From NCBI GenBank assembly GCA_038891095.1, contig JAWAEV010000001.1, positions 196,468 to 260,467 of the forward strand: a stretch of 64,000 nt of DNA. Reading direction: 5' to 3'. How positions within the stretch are numbered: the first letter of the stretch is position 1; each line of letters opens with the position of its first letter. Positions 28,529-38,418 of this stretch are shown here, piece after piece. This DNA comes from Candidatus Altiarchaeota archaeon (GTDB lineage Archaea; Altiarchaeota; Altiarchaeia; IMC4; QMZM01). The notes beneath the pieces are model-generated. The model was given only the letters and a program-made list of their open reading frames with translations, had not been told where the DNA came from and searched no databases. Position numbers and translations under genes: made by a program.

Positions 28529-29383
28529 CTTTAGAATTAATTTATCAGCTCTGTAAGAACTTCTTGTTAATGGTGATGCTAAAACATACTCAAAGCCAAT
28601 TTTATAAGCAACTTTTTCTAACTCTTTAAATTCTTTTAATGTATAAAATTTTTCAACTCTTGCATGCTTTTCTGATGGCGGGATATATTGCCCTATGGTT
28701 AAGAAATCTACTCCTGCTTGTTTTATATCTTTTATTGTTTTGAGAATATCTTCTTTATTTTCACCAAGACCAAGCATAAGACCTGATTTCGTTTTTATTC
28801 CAGGAGAAATTTCCTTTATTTTTCTTAGCAAATTTATTGAAGTAGTATAACTGCTATTTGGCTTTATTTTTTTATGTAATCTCCTGACTATATCAATATT
28901 ATGCCCAAGAACATCTGGATTTGCTTTTACGATTTTTTCTAACGCTTTGTAATTTCCATTTAAATCAGAAATTAGCAATTCAATTTTACAATTTGGTGAG
29001 CTCTTTCTTATTTCTTTAACAACATTAACAAAAACTGAAGCTCCACTATCCTTGAGATCATCTCTTGTAACACATGTTATTACCACGTAGCTTAAATTTA
29101 ATTTTTTTACTATATTCGCAACTTTTTTTGGTTCATCTCTATCAATTCTCTTAGTAATTCCTTTTTTTACATAGCAGAATTTACAACTCCTCGTACAAAT
29201 ATTCCCGAGAATGAGAAAGGTTGCAACTCCATGGGAGAGGCATTCAAAACGATTTGGACAAAGAGCTTCATAGCAGATTGTGTGGAGATTTAAATCAGCA
29301 ATATCCTTAGAAATTTTTTCTATTCTTAATCTTTCTATCTTAGATGGCTTATAAATTTTTATCCAACTTGGATAAATTTGCAT
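28505..29383 (-). CDS. lipA: Lipoyl synthase
   Basis: Cx4Cx5C auxiliary cluster, radical SAM CTRSCKFC, C-terminal RSSY. Confidence 0.95.
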   Translation of the reverse strand: MQIYPSWIKIYKPSKIERLRIEKISKDIADLNLHTICYEALCPNRFECLSHGVATFLILGNICTRSCKFCYVKKGITKRIDRDEPKKVANIVKKLNLSYVVITCVTRDDLKDSGASVFVNVVKEIRKSSPNCKIELLISDLNGNYKALEKIVKANPDVLGHNIDIVRRLHKKIKPNSSYTTSINLLRKIKEISPGIKTKSGLMLGLGENKEDILKTIKDIKQAGVDFLTIGQYIPPSEKHARVEKFYTLKEFKELEKVAYKIGFEYVLASPLTRSSYRADKLILKLRSNPSL

Positions 29384-29445
29384 TTTTTCAATTTTAAGGT
29401 ATATATAGGTGTTTTTGCTAATTTAATAAAAAGAGGTGAGATAAT

Positions 29446-29967
29446 ATGCCATTTATAGATAACATAAAAAGGTCTGTTGCAGCATTGTTTTTTAATGAAA
29501 AATTGATTGTTGAAATTTCAAATGATGAAAAAGCCACAAATTATGGATTTTTAACTTTAGTTATTGCAGGAATTGCATCAGCAATAGCAACATTGGATCC
29601 TATTGGTTTAATTATCTACCCAATCTCAATAATTATTAGTTTTTTCGTAGGATATTCAATTTATCATTTAATAGCTAAATTTTTACTTGGGGGGCAAGCA
29701 ACAGGAGTGCAATATTTCAGAGCTTTGAGCAATGTTTTTGTTGTCTACTGGTTTACATTCATTCCTATTATTGGAATATTTTTGCAGTTTATAGCAGGAT
29801 TATGGATATTAGCATTGAATATATTCATCTTGAATAAGGTACATAAATTATCAATGGTGAAAGCAGTCCTCTTAGGATTACTACCTATAATAGTACTTGT
29901 GTTGATAGTAGTGCTATTCTCAGGAATTTTCCTGTATATGCTCGGATCAAAAGCATTGTTAAGTTGA
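29446..29967 (+). CDS. Yip1-like multi-pass membrane protein
   Basis: About 5 TM helices, H.IAK.LLGG and IPIIG patterns; RBS GAGGTGA. Confidence 0.65.
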   Translation: MPFIDNIKRSVAALFFNEKLIVEISNDEKATNYGFLTLVIAGIASAIATLDPIGLIIYPISIIISFFVGYSIYHLIAKFLLGGQATGVQYFRALSNVFVVYWFTFIPIIGIFLQFIAGLWILALNIFILNKVHKLSMVKAVLLGLLPIIVLVLIVVLFSGIFLYMLGSKALLS

Positions 29968-30035
29968 ACTCGGCACGCATTCATTAAATAAAGAAAATTT
30001 ATTTTTTGTTTTTTATAAATTCAAAAAAAGTAGAG

Positions 30036-30818
30036 TTAGGGAGCATAGTTAAAATTTTCTAAGGTATCATTTCTTAGCATTTCCCTTATTCTTTCTCTAT
30101 GCATTTTTATCAATCTTAATCTTTCTCCTATTTGAGATTTTATTGTTGATTTTCTATCCTGCAAATAATTTCTTATCTGTTCTTTTAATGCTCTCTTCTC
30201 CTCAACTGTTCCATTTTTTGCAATCTCAAGTATCATGTTCTTGAAATTTCTATTCATGTACCTTATCTGACTTGTGAAATTAAAATTCTCTTTGGAGAGG
30301 TTTCTGAGACAAAACATAACATCTTCATCAGATGCATTTGCTTTTAATTGTGCAATTTTTTCATTCCTTATTCTTGCAAGTTCTCTCAGTGCTACCTGAA
30401 ACATTGCTCTTCTTGTTAAATTCCCTTCATTTGATAAATTTAAGCGATTTCTTATATCTTCCTTTAAAGCGTTTATCTGCCTATTAAAAGCAACTGCAAA
30501 ATCATCAACTTCACCATGATAACCAATCTCCCTTAGAGAAAGTTTCATATTCTGAAATTCAAGTCTTCTTGCTTGATTTAATGCTGAGATTAATTGTCCC
30601 TCTATTGTTGAATTATCAACTTTTTTTTCAATTTTTTCATATCTATTCCTATGTTTTTCTTCTAATCTTTCTAATATTTCTGTCCTATTTTGGGTTAAGC
30701 TACCCTTAATTTGTGAGTTTCTCTCTATATTTCTTTGATTATCGCCCGAGACTCCAAAAACTGCAAATAAAAGAAAACCTATAACTAAAATTGCAAAAAT
30801 TATTTTTTTGTTTTTCAT
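30036..30818 (-). CDS. Secreted helical hypothetical protein
   Basis: Signal peptide followed by Arg/Glu/Asn-rich helical sequence with N-x-S/T sequons. Confidence 0.7.
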   Translation of the reverse strand: MKNKKIIFAILVIGFLLFAVFGVSGDNQRNIERNSQIKGSLTQNRTEILERLEEKHRNRYEKIEKKVDNSTIEGQLISALNQARRLEFQNMKLSLREIGYHGEVDDFAVAFNRQINALKEDIRNRLNLSNEGNLTRRAMFQVALRELARIRNEKIAQLKANASDEDVMFCLRNLSKENFNFTSQIRYMNRNFKNMILEIAKNGTVEEKRALKEQIRNYLQDRKSTIKSQIGERLRLIKMHRERIREMLRNDTLENFNYAP

Positions 30819-30830
30819 TTTTAGTTTTAT

Positions 30831-31304
30831 TTAGATTTGTATTAGTTGATCTACATTTTCAGATGGATCTTCAGTGTTAATTATCTTGCATGTATTTTTA
30901 ACATAAAGCTTATAATTATTCCAAGCATTTTTTCTTGCGTTTTTTAAATCTAAATGCGCTTTCTTCCAAGAAACTTTGAAATTTTCCCATGCTTTTCGTA
31001 TAGCTGTCTTTCTCGCTACAGGATCATTAATTTCCCACGCCGCTTTTAGAGAATCCTTTCTAACTTTTAAAGCATTTTGTATGTCATTGCTAAATTTCTC
31101 AAAAGCAGTTATTATTGCAGAATCTCTTGTTTCAATTGCATTTTGCATACAAGTACTGTTAAAAGACCATGTTTTATTTAATTTATATTTATATAACAGC
31201 GGAGTTTTTCCAAATGGTCCTACAGCAGCAGTGGCATTAAAACTAATCATAGCAATTGCAACAAAAACAACAAAACCCAAAAAAATTTTCTCCATTGCTT
31301 TCAT
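30831..31304 (-). CDS. Secreted helical hypothetical protein
   Basis: Signal peptide, repeated A-W helical segments, Cys pair; RBS GAGGTGA at 31311-31317 favours ATG 31304. Confidence 0.72.
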   Translation of the reverse strand: MKAMEKIFLGFVVFVAIAMISFNATAAVGPFGKTPLLYKYKLNKTWSFNSTCMQNAIETRDSAIITAFEKFSNDIQNALKVRKDSLKAAWEINDPVARKTAIRKAWENFKVSWKKAHLDLKNARKNAWNNYKLYVKNTCKIINTEDPSENVDQLIQI

Positions 31305-31332
31305 TTTCAATCACCTCATAAAAAAACAGGAA

Positions 31333-31390
31333 TGAACAACTTAAAAATACTGCTATGAACAAGTTGTTCAATAGATGAACAAGTAGTGAC
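31333..31390. promoter_or_regulatory. Cluster of TGAACAA operator-like sites around a TATA box
   Basis: Palindrome TGAACAAGTTGTTCA at 31356-31370, extra TGAACAA copies at 31333 and 31376, minus-strand TTTTTAA near 31341-31347. Confidence 0.6.
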
Positions 31391-31391
31391 C

Positions 31392-31673
31392 TTAAGGAAT
31401 AACTTGTATCTTTGACAGTCCTAATTTTTCTAAAATCACAAATCCAAAAATAGCTGCCAATACCAATTTTATAATTATAAACAAGACGATCGCCACTATT
31501 ATGCCCAAAGCCAACCCAAACCCAAATTTTAATCCAGAGCGTACAGAAAATTCATGTTTAATGATTATCAACTTATGTTCTATTCTGATTTTTTCTTCTG
31601 CTTCTTTGAGTTCTTTTTCTGTTAGTAGCTTAGGTCGAAAGTAATATGCTAATGATAACAGAATGATTGCCAA
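31392..31673 (-). CDS. Small membrane protein (start uncertain)
   Basis: Hydrophobic ORF with GLKFGFG TM segment. Confidence 0.5.
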   Translation of the reverse strand: MAIILLSLAYYFRPKLLTEKELKEAEEKIRIEHKLIIIKHEFSVRSGLKFGFGLALGIIVAIVLFIIIKLVLAAIFGFVILEKLGLSKIQVIP

Positions 31674-31770
31674 AGCTACTAAATATAAAATTAGAATTAT
31701 AGTATCCGTCCTTCTTTTATTTTATTTTAGAAAATGAATTTAAATTATTCTTTTTTTAAAGCTTAACTAA

Positions 31771-32691
31771 CTATAACGCCTTAAACCATTCACTAAGCTC
31801 AACTTCATGGGTCCATTCGCTTTTATCAACCTGGAGAATATTCTTTCTCTCTAAATTATTTATTGCAACTGATAAACTTGACTTTGGGATTCCAGAAATT
31901 TTTTCTAACTCATTTCTTAGCATTTTACCATTATGCTCAAGTAGAACGGTAATAATTTTAATTTCATTGCCTGAAAGGGTTTTCATAACATTTCTTTTAC
32001 CTTTGCTTAGAATTATTCCATGATCGTTACCATTTTCGATTTTTTTTGGGTTACTCCTTTTTTTAAATTTTGAATAAGAAATAAATGCAACAATTAATAT
32101 CACCAGGATTGCTATTATGTAGATTACTTCTTCTCTGATCTCTTGTTTTTCCCCAGTAGAAACTTTAGTAGTTAGAAATGTTGTAGTCACTATGGTTTTC
32201 ATTGGGGCTTCTAGAAATTTATAACTAAGGGAAATTTTTTTATTCTCTCCAAAATTTTTTAGTTCCCAATAAACATCAACTGAATTTTCAAGATTTTTTA
32301 TCATCGCTTTGGGTGAAGTCTCTATTATTGCAACATTTTTTGGGAGAGATAATGTAATTTCTGCTGTTCTTAGTGTTGGAATTTCCATTTCAAAATCCCA
32401 AGTGTCTCCTTTTTTTGAAGTTAAAATTGAGCTATAGTAAGCTATAAAAGCAGAATCATCAGCTAATAGAATGTCAATACCATTCTCTGCTTGTAAATAA
32501 AGTGCATTCTCAACTATAAGAGACCCAACATCTAAAGGCAAGGGTATGTTAACTGTTCCATTTCCATCAAGTGCTATTACTACGAAAGAATTCCCATTTT
32601 CAGCAACAGTTATATCGTAAATTCCAGAAATTGCACTTGAATTTGAAATTACAATTAAAATTAAAAATAGTGGTAAGAATCTTGTTTTCAT
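31771..32691 (-). CDS. Membrane-anchored wHTH transcriptional regulator (extracellular beta domain, TM, wHTH)
   Basis: Signal peptide, Thr-rich linker, TM, then LS.NE..I...L...G...RNEL....IPKSSLS...NLERKNI. Confidence 0.78.
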   Translation of the reverse strand: MKTRFLPLFLILIVISNSSAISGIYDITVAENGNSFVVIALDGNGTVNIPLPLDVGSLIVENALYLQAENGIDILLADDSAFIAYYSSILTSKKGDTWDFEMEIPTLRTAEITLSLPKNVAIIETSPKAMIKNLENSVDVYWELKNFGENKKISLSYKFLEAPMKTIVTTTFLTTKVSTGEKQEIREEVIYIIAILVILIVAFISYSKFKKRSNPKKIENGNDHGIILSKGKRNVMKTLSGNEIKIITVLLEHNGKMLRNELEKISGIPKSSLSVAINNLERKNILQVDKSEWTHEVELSEWFKAL

Positions 32692-33077
32692 TTTTCTTTG
32701 AAAAATTTTTTTGCTTTCTCAGAATCCATTAGCTCTGAAACTTCTTCTTTTTTTAAAATTTTTATTTTTGCAATCCAACCTTTTCCATAAGGATCATTAT
32801 TAAGAATTGTTGGATCATCAAGCAAATTTTCATTTACTTCTATAATCTCGCAGCTTAAGGGTATCTTTAATTGACCAGCCCATTTTACTGCCTCTATCAT
32901 GGAGTATGTTTCACCTTTTTTAAATTTTTTTCCTTTTTTTGGTAGCTCAATGTATGCAATCTCCTTTGCTTTTTTTACAGCAAATTCAGTAATACCAATA
33001 ACTGCAAATTCACCTTGGATTTTAACCCAATTATTCTCGCTGTCATAAAGCAAATCCTCTGGAAAATTATATTCCAT
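32688..33077 (-). CDS. gcvH: Glycine cleavage H / lipoyl carrier protein
   Basis: FPEDLLY..E..WV, GITEFA, lipoyl Lys in IEAVK, NNDPYGKGW. Confidence 0.92.
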   Translation of the reverse strand: MEYNFPEDLLYDSENNWVKIQGEFAVIGITEFAVKKAKEIAYIELPKKGKKFKKGETYSMIEAVKWAGQLKIPLSCEIIEVNENLLDDPTILNNDPYGKGWIAKIKILKKEEVSELMDSEKAKKFFKEK

Positions 33078-33125
33078 TTTTAGATTCTGTATGATTAAAT
33101 TGAGAATATAAAAATAAAATATGTG

Positions 33126-33920
33126 CTACTTTCGCATATTGCTCCTCCTAAGAGTAAAATATAAGATGTAGACTATATAGATAGACATTATAAAAATCAA
33201 AATCAATTTTGCTAATGCAAAAGATGAGCAGGTTATGCAATAGTTTTCTTTTGTCTGTAGTGTCGTTGTTGTCTCAATAGAGAATATTTCAGATTTTTCT
33301 TTTGAAATCTTAGTACACTCATTTTTAATGCATATAATACTAAAATTTTTTGCAAGTTCATTACAGAAATCTGAGCATTCTCCTGTTTCTTCAAAATAAA
33401 TTTTATTTCCATAAAAACACTCATCTTCTTCTTTTCTTTTTCCACAAATACAATCATAATCTTCTTCACAAAATTTTTCATTTATCGTCCTTATTGTTGT
33501 TTTTGTTGTAGATGTTTTCTTTGTGGTTGTTATTTTTGTTTCTACAAAAGGAAATACAGTAAAATTAACTTTCTCAGTAGCATTTCCAAAATTTGCAATT
33601 AATGAGTAATCTCCAATTTCAATTGGTTTAAAATAGAAATCTCTCTCGAAATTTTCACTTATTGGAAATGCATTTGCGCAGCTGTAGCATTGTCCTGGTG
33701 ATGGTTTAGCTATAAAAGTTTTAACTAACTTGAAGTTATTTTTTTCGATTTTGTATAGATATAAAGCTCCGCCAATTGGTTTTGAAGTATAAACTCCGAG
33801 ATGAATTTTTATTTCTTCTCCAAACTTCAGCTCTGTTGCATTCACTGATAAAAAAATTTTTGTTGCTGATGCATTTGCTATTATGATAAAAAACATGCAA
33901 AAGAAAGTTATGTATCTCAT
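33126..33920 (-). CDS. Secreted/membrane Cys-rich surface protein
   Basis: Signal peptide, Thr-rich linkers, C..D.DC.CG..C Cys cluster, C-terminal TM. Confidence 0.65.
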   Translation of the reverse strand: MRYITFFCMFFIIIANASATKIFLSVNATELKFGEEIKIHLGVYTSKPIGGALYLYKIEKNNFKLVKTFIAKPSPGQCYSCANAFPISENFERDFYFKPIEIGDYSLIANFGNATEKVNFTVFPFVETKITTTKKTSTTKTTIRTINEKFCEEDYDCICGKRKEEDECFYGNKIYFEETGECSDFCNELAKNFSIICIKNECTKISKEKSEIFSIETTTTLQTKENYCITCSSFALAKLILIFIMSIYIVYILYFTLRRSNMRK

Positions 33921-33923
33921 TAT

Positions 33924-36077
33924 TTAAATTTGCAAATTTAATGGGATAGAGATTAAATTCCAACCGTCTCTCAATTGAATTGTAAATTCTCTTTTTTCAG
34001 TTTCACTACCAATGCAATAAATGCTTAGATGAGAAACATTTGCCCAGATATAGTTCTCATAGCTATTAACGCCTATGCCATAAACCCAATCCCAGGTATC
34101 ATTAAGTAGCATCCATTCAGGAGTTGTCTCGTTGTACCAGTAAAAGCCCAAAGATGATTCGTTTATTCCTTTAGAATTAACTTCTTCATCTGTATAGAAA
34201 ATTTTTATCATTATTGCTTTTAAAGAGTTCTGCAAGTTTTGACTTATATTTATTTCAATGTATTTTCCAAGTTCCAATGCAGAAAAGACAGTATTTGTCG
34301 GGTTATAGCTATAGTATTTTATAGTTATCTCTGCATTTGTTACATTTTCAAATGTTAAAATTTCAAGAGTTGTGTTTGTTTCATTTTTTGCATCTATAAC
34401 TGATGTTACATTTGCAGTTATGTTAATAATTGTGTTGTATCTATACTTTGGATTAACATTCAAATATCCACAAGACATATTATGGAAATTTCCATAAGTG
34501 TCATTCACAAAAGAAAAAATTTCAGTATAATTTCCAAGCATGCTGCTCGTATCTATGTAAGTCCAATATGTAGAGGAGGTATTTTCTATTAAATTTAAAA
34601 TTGAACCATCTAAAGTCCACCAAATTAAGCTAAAAGGATAAGTTCCTTTGCTTATGTTAGAACTCAATCGAACAACTGCTCCTTGCTCAACATCTGTTTG
34701 GTTAAGCCAACACGCTGTAATATTTGGTAGTTTAGTTAAGCTAAATATAGCTGCTAAAACATTTATCCTTGAAAAATTTAAACCATTATCCAGATCAGTG
34801 ATATTCTTACCAGTTGCTTTCAGGTAATATTCAATTTCATCAGGTGTTATATCTGGTTTATATTGCCTTAGCAAAGCAGCTGCTCCAGCAACATGGGGAG
34901 TAGCCATTGAAGTACCGCTCATAGATTGATAACCATAATCAACAACTGTAGAGAATATACTTTGCCCAGGTGCTAATAAATCAAGATTCTCGCCAGTGTT
35001 TGTGAATGAAGAGATAACATCTCCCTTAGTAGTAGAGCCAACTGATGTTACATTAGGAGAGCATGCAGGATATGAAATTCCATTTGAATATCCATTATTC
35101 CCAGAAGCAACTGAAACAAAAATTCCTAAGGAATGTGCCACATTTATTACTGAATCCATATAAGTAGGACAATTTGATGATGTATATTGTCCATCATCAC
35201 CTAAACTCATAGTTATAACAGAAATATTATATTTACTATAATTGCTATTACACCAATCTATAGCGGCAATAATATCTGAGTCACTACAATAACCAGAAGC
35301 ATTACATACTTTTAATGCTAAAAGTTTAGCATCTGGTGCAACTCCTCTTAAAAGACCATTTGCAGCAACAATTCCAGCAACATGTGTGCCATGATCATTG
35401 TCGTCCATTGGATCATTATCACTATTTACAAAATCATATCCTGAAATAACTTTGGAACAATTTCCATTTAAAAATTGTTCCTGAGTGCAGTTTCCTAAGT
35501 CTTGATGCCTGTAATCTATACCAGTATCTATAACGCAAACTGTTTGACCTTTGCCTGTGATATTCTCATTATTAACTTTAATTTTCCAAACATCAGTTGC
35601 ATTAATCAGAGGTACGCTCTCATCTAGCAATATTTTTAATTTCCTATCAAAATAAATTGCCTCTATATCCGGATCTTTTTTTAATTTCTCTATGACCTCT
35701 CCTTTTAGGCTACCAGAAATTGAATTTATTGTTTTATAGAGATATTTAACTTTAAAATCATTAGGTGAATTTAATTTCAAATTAGATAGAAATTTTTCCT
35801 GATTTTTCCTTATAGAATATTGTAGAGTTGTTAAATTTTTATATTGTGGAGCAAGAGTAACACTATTTTGCATATCATTCCTTAGCAAAATAATGACAGG
35901 CACTTCATCTTTTTCATTTAATTGTCTTAAAATTTCTACATCTATTTTAGGAAAATTTTGTTCTGCAGTTATTTCTGCTTTTTGAGTTGTCAAATATAAT
36001 TGAGATGAATAATCAGCAATTGACAGCTTTAAAATAAATGCACTTAAAAAAATTAGGAACACTATTTTTTTTCGCAT
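33924..36077 (-). CDS. Secreted S8 subtilisin-like serine protease
   Basis: VIDTG, HGTHVAG, SGTSMATPHVAG triad; pro-domain; C-terminal surface domains ending in GWNLISIP. Confidence 0.95.
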   Translation of the reverse strand: MRKKIVFLIFLSAFILKLSIADYSSQLYLTTQKAEITAEQNFPKIDVEILRQLNEKDEVPVIILLRNDMQNSVTLAPQYKNLTTLQYSIRKNQEKFLSNLKLNSPNDFKVKYLYKTINSISGSLKGEVIEKLKKDPDIEAIYFDRKLKILLDESVPLINATDVWKIKVNNENITGKGQTVCVIDTGIDYRHQDLGNCTQEQFLNGNCSKVISGYDFVNSDNDPMDDNDHGTHVAGIVAANGLLRGVAPDAKLLALKVCNASGYCSDSDIIAAIDWCNSNYSKYNISVITMSLGDDGQYTSSNCPTYMDSVINVAHSLGIFVSVASGNNGYSNGISYPACSPNVTSVGSTTKGDVISSFTNTGENLDLLAPGQSIFSTVVDYGYQSMSGTSMATPHVAGAAALLRQYKPDITPDEIEYYLKATGKNITDLDNGLNFSRINVLAAIFSLTKLPNITACWLNQTDVEQGAVVRLSSNISKGTYPFSLIWWTLDGSILNLIENTSSTYWTYIDTSSMLGNYTEIFSFVNDTYGNFHNMSCGYLNVNPKYRYNTIINITANVTSVIDAKNETNTTLEILTFENVTNAEITIKYYSYNPTNTVFSALELGKYIEINISQNLQNSLKAIMIKIFYTDEEVNSKGINESSLGFYWYNETTPEWMLLNDTWDWVYGIGVNSYENYIWANVSHLSIYCIGSETEKREFTIQLRDGWNLISIPLNLQI

Positions 36078-36113
36078 TTTTTATTTAAGAATAGGTATGT
36101 AATTTTAAATATT

Positions 36114-36941
36114 ATGTCAAATATTTTTCATGATATAAAATCGCTTAGAATTCAAGGCGCAACTAATATTGCTTTAGCATCTCTCAAATACTTAAAAAAA
36201 TTTTCAGACAAAAAAGGTTTTGGAAAAAAATTTGATATTGAAACTGAAAAACTGCTAAGACTTAGACCAACTGCTGTTGTTCTTTATAATGTTATTAATG
36301 AGCTAAAAAAAGAAAAATCAAATGAGAAAATTTCTCAGCTAATACAAGAACTTGAGAATGCAAAAGAGAGAATAGCAAAGAATGGTGCCCCTTTGATAAA
36401 AAATGGATTTCAAGTGCATACACATTGCCATTCAACTCATGCTTTAGCTGTAATAAAAGAGGCAGCACTACAAGGAAAGAGATTTTCAGTTATAGTTGAC
36501 ATTACCGAACCAAGATTACAAGGGGTAAAAACAGCAAAGGAATTAGCAAAGATGGAAAATATAAAAGTTATATTAATAGCAGATAATGCCGCAGGACTTG
36601 CACTTTCACCACCTTTCTTTCCAATAGATGATTTAGTTATCGTAGGAGCAGATGCAATTCGCAAAGAAGGAGTTGTTAATAAAATCGGAACTTACCTTTT
36701 AGCTGTTGCAGCAAAAGAGCAAAAGATTCCATTTTATGTTGCAACAACAACATTCGCTATAGATAAAAGAAGAAAATTTAAAATTGAAGAAAGACCAGCA
36801 TCTGAAATTTATAAAAAAATTCCAGGCGTTGAGATAAGGAATCCCGCATTTGATATAACCCCTTTAAAGTATATCACGGGATTTATAACTGAGAAAGGTA
36901 TTTTCTCATCAGAAGAATTTAGGAGAGATTTCATATATTAA
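36114..36941 (+). CDS. Ribose-1,5-bisphosphate isomerase (eIF-2B family)
   Basis: IQGA, RPT, THCHS with catalytic Cys, GAD, NKIGT, NPAFDITP. Confidence 0.8.
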   Translation: MSNIFHDIKSLRIQGATNIALASLKYLKKFSDKKGFGKKFDIETEKLLRLRPTAVVLYNVINELKKEKSNEKISQLIQELENAKERIAKNGAPLIKNGFQVHTHCHSTHALAVIKEAALQGKRFSVIVDITEPRLQGVKTAKELAKMENIKVILIADNAAGLALSPPFFPIDDLVIVGADAIRKEGVVNKIGTYLLAVAAKEQKIPFYVATTTFAIDKRRKFKIEERPASEIYKKIPGVEIRNPAFDITPLKYITGFITEKGIFSSEEFRRDFIY

Positions 36942-37507
36942 ATTTTCTCATAAAGGCCAATTAATTCAGCTTTTGCAAGAATATGGCCTTGCATTGCTTT
37001 CTCTAAATCAGATTTTTTTGAATTTTCTTTTATGTTTAGGATAGTGTCTAATGCATATAACTTAAAGAAATATCTATGAACTCCAGATGGAGGACATGGA
37101 CCACCGTAACTATTTTTTTTCCAGCTATTCTGCCCTTGTATTGCATTTTTAGGGATTTCCCCTTCTAAAATTTCCTTTGTTTCTGGAGGGATATTCCAAA
37201 TTATCCAATGGTCCCATGTGCCAAGGGGAGCATCAGGATCATCCATAATTAATGCCAAACTTTTTGCTTCTTTCGGAATTTCTGAAAATTCTAATGGAGG
37301 ATTTATATCTTGCCCTTGACAAGTGTACTTTATTGGAATTTTTCCATTTTGCTCAAATGCAGAACTTTTTATTTTCATTTTAACTTTATCTTCTTTAGCT
37401 ACATCAAAAGAAATTTTTTCTTCTTTTTGCTCTTTAATACAACAACTTAAGATTAAGAAAGAAAATAAAAAAAGAATAACTAATAATTTTATTTTTTTAC
37501 TTTCCAT
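36938..37507 (-). CDS. YbhB/YbcL (PEBP) family protein
   Basis: DDPDAP, HWIIWNIP, YGGPCPP, HRY.F.LYALD. Confidence 0.93.
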   Translation of the reverse strand: MESKKIKLLVILFLFSFLILSCCIKEQKEEKISFDVAKEDKVKMKIKSSAFEQNGKIPIKYTCQGQDINPPLEFSEIPKEAKSLALIMDDPDAPLGTWDHWIIWNIPPETKEILEGEIPKNAIQGQNSWKKNSYGGPCPPSGVHRYFFKLYALDTILNIKENSKKSDLEKAMQGHILAKAELIGLYEKI

Positions 37508-38418
37508 TTCTCATTTAAAAATTTATTTACTTCCTTAAAAGTAGGATATTTCTCACTTCCATAGCCTAAGGTTGAGAGAGCAGCAGCTGCATTTGCAAAA
37601 TTTCCAATTTTTTCAAGAGACCATTTTTTGAAATGTCCAAAAACAAATGCAGCATCAAAGACATCTCCAGCTCCTGTAGTATCAACTGGTCTAACTTTAA
37701 ATACCGGAATGAAAATTCTTTCATTTTTTGTTGCTATATAGCTTCCTTTCTTTCCTAATTTTAGTGCAATAATCTTTGGCCCAAAGGAAAGTAATTTATT
37801 GCAAATCTTTTCTTTTGTGTTTTCATTTGCTATTTTTTGTCCTTCTCTAAAATTTGGAAAGAAAATGTCAACTCTGCTTAAAATTTTTCTTAACAGCTTT
37901 ATGTCTTTTTCTGACCAACCTTTTGGGTCCCAACCTGTGTCAAATGTTGTTATCATACCTTTTGAATGAGCATAATTTAATATCTTAAAAGTATTTTTTC
38001 TCAAGCCCTGGAGAAAGAAAGAAGCAATATGTAAGTAATAACCTTGTATATCTTTAAAATTTATATTCTCTATAGAAAACTTGGAATTTGCGCCTGTATA
38101 GGTTAGAAAGGCCCTCGTGTTATCATAAAAAGGTATTGCTATTGTTGAAGCAGTTTTTTCATCTCTTGAAATTTTTAAATCAACCTTGGTAAGGGAATTT
38201 AAAACAAATTTGCTGAAGATATCATTCCCAACTTTGCCAATTAGCCTCGTTTTTAGTCCAAGAATTGAAAGAGCCTTTGCAAAATTTGCAGCACAACCGC
38301 CTGATGTTAATGTTATATTTTTTATTAACAGTTGTGCATCTCTCTCCGGAAAATCTCTTAGTTTAGAGGTTATAATATCAAGATTAATGTCACCTATTGC
38401 AGTTGCATAGATTCTCAT
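37489..38418 (-). CDS. PfkB family carbohydrate kinase
   Basis: GGCAAN, GKVGND.F, DTTGAGD. Confidence 0.92.
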   Translation of the reverse strand: MRIYATAIGDINLDIITSKLRDFPERDAQLLIKNITLTSGGCAANFAKALSILGLKTRLIGKVGNDIFSKFVLNSLTKVDLKISRDEKTASTIAIPFYDNTRAFLTYTGANSKFSIENINFKDIQGYYLHIASFFLQGLRKNTFKILNYAHSKGMITTFDTGWDPKGWSEKDIKLLRKILSRVDIFFPNFREGQKIANENTKEKICNKLLSFGPKIIALKLGKKGSYIATKNERIFIPVFKVRPVDTTGAGDVFDAAFVFGHFKKWSLEKIGNFANAAAALSTLGYGSEKYPTFKEVNKFLNEKWKVKK

